Shown here piece by piece: positions 1 to 4,363 of a stretch of DNA of 12,051 nt. Within the stretch, counting starts at the first letter, position 1; every line of letters starts with the position of its first letter. Source of the DNA: a virus (lineage: Duplodnaviria > Heunggongvirae > Uroviricota > Caudoviricetes). Under the pieces are notes generated by a model, which had not been told where the DNA came from, searched no databases, and saw only the letters and a list, made by a program, of their open reading frames with translations. The position numbers and the translations under genes are program-made. The stretch is taken from IMG/VR virus record IMGVR_UViG_3300043411_001076. One strand, given 5' to 3'.

Positions 1-1
1 C

Positions 2-1345
2 CACCTATTATTAATCGCAGAGTCTTTATCCGATTTAATAGATAAAGCATATCAGAATGAAGACAATGAAATAAGTATTTTGACTACTTTTAATGTATTT
101 TATGACATTGAGATGTGGTTTGGAAATAAACCGAAAAAGAAAGAAGAAGAATTACCACCCGACACACAACTCGACACAGAACCAGTCAAAGATCCTCCAC
201 AAGAAATATCCAATATTCCTAAAATAGAAGAGAAAACGAAAGAGCAAGAAGATACTAATCCTACAGATGGAACCACAGCACAAGAAGAACAAGAAGGAAG
301 TTCCGAAGATAAAATAGAACTACAAGATAGTAACTTAGAAGGAAATGTCAGTAACAAAGAGTTAACTGATACCTCTGTAGAGGTACAAGAAACTATGCTA
401 TCCCAGATTCAGAATATAGGGGAGATTTTTGGTGTCGAGGAACTAATAGAAAAAGAATACGGGCTATTGGATGTCGAAGATGATAAAAGACCAAAAGATG
501 AATCAGAATGGAAGAAAACATTACCTATCCAATATTTTCTTGTAAAAGAATCTAGTGAAAATGTGTCTGTGAACTACATAGAGTCTTGTTGGATAGAAAT
601 AAAAGATAAATGTAACTTTTTAATCAATAATTTGAGAAGAAAGATATTGTCTTCTACGTTTACTGGATATATAGAAGGTGTACCGAGAGGTAAAATACTA
701 TCTGATAGATATTTGACGGATACGGCATTAGATTTAAGATCAGATAATTATCCATTGAGAGCTTTCAAATGCAAAACTGAGAATAAAGAAATATCAACAG
801 CAGGTATTATTTTAATAGATATGTCGGCATCAATGAGAGAAAATTCAGAGTGGTTACTACAAGTAACTCTATTATGTGCATGGTTCTTAGATAAGATAGG
901 AGGAAAATCATCTGTCATAGGATTTAGAAACGGAAGATCTTCAACCTCTTTAGACTTTGAACCTGTTGTGAGTTTCTTTCAATATAAGGAATTTTCAAAT
1001 TCCTTTAATAGTCTAAAAGTTAATCTATGTCATCTGATGAGCAGATTAAATGGTGGAACTCCCACATCTGATGCCGTAAAATTAGGGTTAGACAATCTTG
1101 AGGAGAGACTAGAGAAAAGAAAGATTTTGTTTGTTATCACTGATGGAAAGCCTAATACAAAAGAACAGCTTAAACAGACCAAAAATCTATGTTATAAAAG
1201 CAAAAAGAATAATATCATTACTGTAGGAATTGGGATAGGAACTGAATCCCAATCTGTTACTAAGCTATTTGAAAATAGTGCTTGGTCAAAAGATACGAAG
1301 GAAATAAATCGAGAAATATTTAAAGTGTTAAACAAAATTCTTTAA
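2..1345 (+). CDS. CobT/NorD-like von Willebrand factor A (VWA, MIDAS) domain protein; 5'-truncated by the window edge
   Basis: The frame of the 80..1345 ORF has no stop back to position 2 (HLLLIAESLSDLIDKAYQNEDNEISIL-TTFN...), so the TTG at 80 is probably not the true start. The C-terminal half has a complete MIDAS set: IILIDMSAS (DxSxS, nt 818-832), GGTPT (1052-1066) and ITDGKPN (D at 1142-1144), then the ITVGIGIG strand. It is preceded by a long Glu/Asp/Thr-rich linker, the architecture of CobT/NorD/CbbO-type VWA partners of MoxR AAA+ ATPases. TAA stop at 1343-1345. Confidence 0.85.
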   Translation, partial: HLLLIAESLSDLIDKAYQNEDNEISILTTFNVFYDIEMWFGNKPKKKEEELPPDTQLDTEPVKDPPQEISNIPKIEEKTKEQEDTNPTDGTTAQEEQEGSSEDKIELQDSNLEGNVSNKELTDTSVEVQETMLSQIQNIGEIFGVEELIEKEYGLLDVEDDKRPKDESEWKKTLPIQYFLVKESSENVSVNYIESCWIEIKDKCNFLINNLRRKILSSTFTGYIEGVPRGKILSDRYLTDTALDLRSDNYPLRAFKCKTENKEISTAGIILIDMSASMRENSEWLLQVTLLCAWFLDKIGGKSSVIGFRNGRSSTSLDFEPVVSFFQYKEFSNSFNSLKVNLCHLMSRLNGGTPTSDAVKLGLDNLEERLEKRKILFVITDGKPNTKEQLKQTKNLCYKSKKNNIITVGIGIGTESQSVTKLFENSAWSKDTKEINREIFKVLNKIL

Positions 1346-1385
1346 TTTTTTTATAAAACTGAAGGTAAAATAATCATAGTTCGAT

Positions 1386-1409
1386 GTTATCTCTGTTATG
1401 AGAGGTAAC
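1386..1409 (+). promoter_or_regulatory. Stem-loop in the leader of the 1437 gene
   Basis: GTTATCTCT (1386-1394) pairs with AGAGGTAAC (1401-1409): 9 bp with one G-U and a GTTATG loop. It ends 19 nt before the SD AGGA at 1428-1431. There is no U-tract, so it is not called a terminator. Confidence 0.4.
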
Positions 1410-1436
1410 GATTATTTTTAATAACATAGGATAATT

Positions 1437-1793
1437 ATGAATTCACAACACGTAAAGAAAATCTCTTTCATCTGTGTCGCGTTAGAAAACCAAATCAAGA
1501 CATCTGTTGATTTTAATCTTGACGGACAGCAAATCGTATTTTCTTTCCTCGGAAAGACTTTACGCATCGATTTAGATTCAGATGAAAGTCCTGAACAAGC
1601 AGCGGCTAATATTGTCGGTGCTTTTAAAGAAATTATTAGAAGAGTTGTAAAAACACAGTCCAGTTTCGATATTCTAAGTAAGTTGGTTGGTGAAGCTCTT
1701 TCTGAAGAGTCATTAACTGCTGAAGAAGAAGCGGAGCAATCTACTCAAGAACCACCTGCTGAACCTGTTCCTGTTACAGGAGCGGCTCAGTAA
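1437..1793 (+). CDS. Hypothetical protein, 118 aa, with an acidic Pro/Glu-rich C-terminal tail
   Basis: ATG at 1437 with SD AGGA 5 nt upstream and TAA at 1791-1793. It fills the intergenic space and is followed by a hairpin. No recognisable domain. Confidence 0.8.
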   Translation: MNSQHVKKISFICVALENQIKTSVDFNLDGQQIVFSFLGKTLRIDLDSDESPEQAAANIVGAFKEIIRRVVKTQSSFDILSKLVGEALSEESLTAEEEAEQSTQEPPAEPVPVTGAAQ

Positions 1794-1801
1794 TTTATCT
1801 A

Positions 1802-1826
1802 AGAAAGGGGAGATAATCCCCTTTCT
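1802..1826 (+). terminator. Perfect 10-bp hairpin (terminator or RNA-processing stem)
   Basis: AGAAAGGGGA (1802-1811), loop GATAA, TCCCCTTTCT (1817-1826), 8 nt after the 1437 ORF stop. The U-tract is weak (TTTCT). Confidence 0.6.
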
Positions 1827-1843
1827 ATCAAAGGAATTAATTA

Positions 1844-2362
1844 ATGGCATCGCGCACTTTAAAAAATGCTTGGGAAGATTTTGATAAATCTACTTCCCAT
1901 TTGAATACTGCAATCATTGATAATTTAAAAAATTCTACTGATCGTTGGACTGTAAAACAAATAGACTATTTAGTTGATTTATTAAAAAGTATTCCAACAG
2001 ACTCTGCAAGCTCAACCAAAGAATATCCTAAGTTTGGAACTCTACATAATGCACTTTTATGGGTTGGTTTCTCAGATCGTGAATTGTTTAGAATAGATCC
2101 GAAAAGCCCGAATCTTACGATTTTACAAGGTAATTTAGATTTTAACGTTCCCTTTAGAATAGATATCGGATTAGATGGTGTACTGGTAAAAACAACTGCT
2201 CCTGAGACACCTACTCAATCTATCGTTAAGAAAAAGTTTGATAGTAATGTTAGAACTCTTCAAACTTTCGTACTACCTCATGATAGAATTTTCCTTGCAG
2301 AATCCGATGAGAGGTTCGTTGAACTATTAAGGGTTCTAAACCTTCCCATTAGGGCTATTTGA
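1844..2362 (+). CDS. Hypothetical protein, 172 aa
   Basis: ATG at 1844 with SD AAGGA at 1831-1835, tandem stops TGA TAA, and a terminator downstream. No recognisable motif. Confidence 0.8.
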   Translation: MASRTLKNAWEDFDKSTSHLNTAIIDNLKNSTDRWTVKQIDYLVDLLKSIPTDSASSTKEYPKFGTLHNALLWVGFSDRELFRIDPKSPNLTILQGNLDFNVPFRIDIGLDGVLVKTTAPETPTQSIVKKKFDSNVRTLQTFVLPHDRIFLAESDERFVELLRVLNLPIRAI

Positions 2363-2382
2363 TAATTTTCAACAAAATATAG

Positions 2383-2424
2383 AAAATAAAAAGGCCACCT
2401 TTGTAAGGGTGGCCTTTTTATTTT
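2383..2424. terminator. Bidirectional rho-independent terminator at the convergent strand switch
   Basis: Perfect 17-bp inverted repeat AAAATAAAAAGGCCACC (2383-2399) / GGTGGCCTTTTTATTTT (2408-2424). It has a GC-rich core and T-tracts on both strands, and lies between the convergent genes ending at 2362 (+) and 2462 (-). Confidence 0.9.
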
Positions 2425-2461
2425 AACTTTAAAATTATCTAAGACTAAGAAATAAAACCAT

Positions 2462-2839
2462 TCAGTTATAAAAAGACAAGACTCCGTCTGCTAGACCTTC
2501 TACTAGTTTGGAAAAATAGCTATCAGAAACTTTTTCCGTTACTAATCTACCAGTATTATCACTTTTTAGGGCAAATAGCCGACCATAGCTAACCAAATAT
2601 AAAAAATCGGGATCTCCATTAGTATCGACTATTTTAATACAATCATCATTATAAACTTCTGCATCCATACCTTGATTACTTAAATGTTTTACTACATGTT
2701 TTAAAATTTGTTTTTCCCCAATTGTTAATTTTTTATTTGGTGATCGGACTAATGTACCAACTCCTTTACCCGCAGCACTTTTTTCAATTAATTTTGAGGC
2801 GAGAGAAGAAAAAGAAGCCGCTAATCTTAACATATCCAT
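2462..2839 (-). CDS. Hypothetical protein, 125 aa
   Basis: ATG at 2839 preceded by AAAAGGTATTAACT (SD-like AAGGT), TGA stop, ending just before the bidirectional terminator. The N-terminus is MDMLRLAASFSSLASKLIEKSA (see findings). Confidence 0.8.
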   Translation of the reverse strand: MDMLRLAASFSSLASKLIEKSAAGKGVGTLVRSPNKKLTIGEKQILKHVVKHLSNQGMDAEVYNDDCIKIVDTNGDPDFLYLVSYGRLFALKSDNTGRLVTEKVSDSYFSKLVEGLADGVLSFYN

Positions 2840-2883
2840 AGTTAATACCTTTTATAGCTAAATGAAAAAACTATCACTACTAT

Positions 2884-2914
2884 AAAGGGGATTTATTAAA
2901 AATAAATCCCCTTT
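2884..2914 (-). terminator. Perfect 14-bp hairpin, probable terminator of the holin-like gene
   Basis: AAAGGGGATTTATT (2884-2897), loop AAA, AATAAATCCCCTTT (2901-2914), 14 nt after the TAA at 2929. On the minus strand the GGGGA...TCCCC stem is followed by TTTAT. Confidence 0.7.
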
Positions 2915-2928
2915 TGCCTATAAATTAA

Positions 2929-3486
2929 TTATTTCTTCTTAGATAACAGATTCCAAAGACCTACAGCGGTAGCCCCAGAAAGAACACCTGTAATAATTGC
3001 AGTTACCCAGCCCGTTCCTGTGGCTAGAGCGATTCCGATATGGGAAACGATACCGAGAGAAGCAGCTACCCAAGGAAGTCCTTTTTCACCAACCCATTGT
3101 TTAATATTAATCCACTTGTCAAGAATAAGCACTAAGAAGGTGAGAATAAGACCTACTAACAACATCCAATTCTCTTCTTTTACTGCTTGAACAATGAGAT
3201 TAATGTCATCTTGAGTAATAGAGTCTTTCTCAGGTGTCAAATTATTTACACCTGTATCAGATACAACATCCAAAGCATCATCACTAGATACGTCATTTGG
3301 AGTATCACTTGAATTTGAAGTATCAGACACTACATCAGAATCGACTACATCAGAAACTAATACATCATAATCGACTACATCAGTCTCTGTAACAGGTACG
3401 GCGTCTACAACATCTAACTCAGACTGTACATCCGATAAAGCATTGAATGGAATTAAAAACAGACTAACCAAAATTAACTTTTTCAT
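2929..3486 (-). CDS. Holin-like 3-TM membrane protein with an N-terminal signal peptide and acidic repeat stalk, 185 aa
   Basis: The ATG at 3486 (MKKLILVSLFLIPFNALSD) follows AAAGGAAAAAGGTT and is preferred to the ORF-track start at 3531. It shows a typical Sec signal peptide, a D/V/S/T-rich region, and three hydrophobic segments (NWMLLVGLILTFLVLIL; LPWVAASLGIVSHIGIALA; WVTAIITGVLSGATAVGLWNLL) with a basic tail SKKK. The last two helices resemble small phage holins. This is pattern recognition, not a database hit. Confidence 0.6.
   Translation of the reverse strand: MKKLILVSLFLIPFNALSDVQSELDVVDAVPVTETDVVDYDVLVSDVVDSDVVSDTSNSSDTPNDVSSDDALDVVSDTGVNNLTPEKDSITQDDINLIVQAVKEENWMLLVGLILTFLVLILDKWINIKQWVGEKGLPWVAASLGIVSHIGIALATGTGWVTAIITGVLSGATAVGLWNLLSKKK
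3331..3390. repeat. 15-bp-period tandem repeat (4 units) encoding xxxDV pentapeptides
   Basis: tacatcagaatcgac / tacatcagaaactaa / tacatcataatcgac / tacatcagtctctgt. 3331-3353 and 3361-3383 match at 22 of 23 nt. The encoded peptide is TETDV-VDYDV-LVSDV-VDSDV. Confidence 0.75.
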
Positions 3487-3547
3487 AACCTTTTTCCTTT
3501 TTTGACTAATAAAACAGGTCGAACCCACCATTGAGTTTATAACAAAA

Positions 3548-4294
3548 TTAAATAATATTACTTAATAGCCTAAATTTCTTCTTTAATTCCCCATATAGTG
3601 AAGTGAAGTCTTCTGTATTATTACTAATATAAAGTACAGATAACCCTGGAGAATTTAATTCAAAAAGTTCGTCGATAGATGTGAGCTTGTTATAAGATAT
3701 ATCCAGAGAATAAAGATTATAGGCATTAAATGTATCTAATCCTTCCAAGGAAGAAATTTGATTATTTCTCAATTCCAAATTGTACATTTGAGGATAATTC
3801 GAGCCACCCAATCCTTTTGTATCTTTAATATTATTACTATTTAATTTTAGATCTCTTAGTTTAGGAAATCTCCAGTCACGCGCTTTATCTAAATTAGAAA
3901 TCTTATTTACTGCTAGATCCAACACTTCTAAATTAGGAGCCGTAAAATCTTCTAAACCATCAATGGAAGTGATCTCATTATTGTATAAAAACAGCCTTTT
4001 TAGATTAGGTTCTTTCATCGCAACTAGCCAATCTAGATGGGGTATATTTTTAGATTGTAAATCCCATGCCTTAAGATTTCTAGCAATATCAATAGAGAAT
4101 TTATTTTCTAACCAGTTATAATAGATATTAGGGTATTCATTGGTTCTAGCACATAATTGTAAATATCTACGCCATACTGCATAATCTTCGTCTTGACTGT
4201 TTTCGTCTAGCGTCATTTTCAGACGTTCTAAATCATCAGAAGAAGCTAGCCTAATAAAACTAGCTACTCTCCTTATTGATCTTTGAATATTCAT
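3548..4294 (-). CDS. Leucine-rich repeat protein (SDS22/internalin-like consensus, 24-aa period), 248 aa
   Basis: LxxLxLxxNxI/L units start at residues 74, 98, 122, 146, 170, 194 and 218, exactly 24 aa apart (e.g. LKRLFLYNNEITSIDGLEDFTAPN, LEVLDLAVNKISNLDKARDWRFPK, LYSLDISYNKLTSIDELFELNSPG). ATG at 4294 follows GTAGGTTAATAT (SD AGGT). TAA stop. Confidence 0.92.
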   Translation of the reverse strand: MNIQRSIRRVASFIRLASSDDLERLKMTLDENSQDEDYAVWRRYLQLCARTNEYPNIYYNWLENKFSIDIARNLKAWDLQSKNIPHLDWLVAMKEPNLKRLFLYNNEITSIDGLEDFTAPNLEVLDLAVNKISNLDKARDWRFPKLRDLKLNSNNIKDTKGLGGSNYPQMYNLELRNNQISSLEGLDTFNAYNLYSLDISYNKLTSIDELFELNSPGLSVLYISNNTEDFTSLYGELKKKFRLLSNII

Positions 4295-4311
4295 ATATTA
4301 ACCTACAATAA

Positions 4312-4345
4312 AAATAAAAAGGCTCTATTTAGAGCCTTTTTATTT
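4312..4345 (-). terminator. Perfect 15-bp hairpin, probable terminator of the tail-gene cluster
   Basis: AAATAAAAAGGCTCT (4312-4326), loop ATTT, AGAGCCTTTTTATTT (4331-4345), 18 nt after the TAA of the 1817-aa gene, with T-tracts on both strands. Confidence 0.8.
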
Positions 4346-4363
4346 ATCAGCTATTCTAATAGT

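Noticed and set aside
80-115. TTG at 80 or ATG at 113 as start of the VWA gene
   Set aside because: The frame is open to position 2 and neither codon has a convincing SD, so the gene more likely starts outside the window.
100-357. 85-aa minus-strand ORF
   Set aside because: Antisense shadow of the acidic, purine-rich linker of the VWA gene. Its S/L/C-rich sequence is what the reverse complement of GAA/GAT codons produces.
2440-2448. TAAGACTAA also present (inverted) at 9905-9913
   Set aside because: An AT-rich 9-mer in different orientation and context relative to transcription, consistent with chance.
3487-3531. ORF-track N-terminal extension MVGSTCFISQKRKKV of the membrane protein
   Set aside because: The extension contains the SD-like AAGGAAAAAGG, and the ATG at 3486 opens a canonical signal peptide.
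3505-3535. GGTTCGACC on the minus strand resembling a tRNA T-loop
   Set aside because: There is no 5-bp T-stem, acceptor stem or anticodon arm, and the 61-nt spacer is too short for a tRNA.
3548-4294. Lower GC in the LRR gene than in the tail genes as a sign of recent horizontal transfer
   Set aside because: Spot counts of a few lines are noisy, and the difference is largely explained by amino-acid composition (L/N/K/I-rich versus G/A/P/T-rich). The VWA and small genes are similarly AT-rich.
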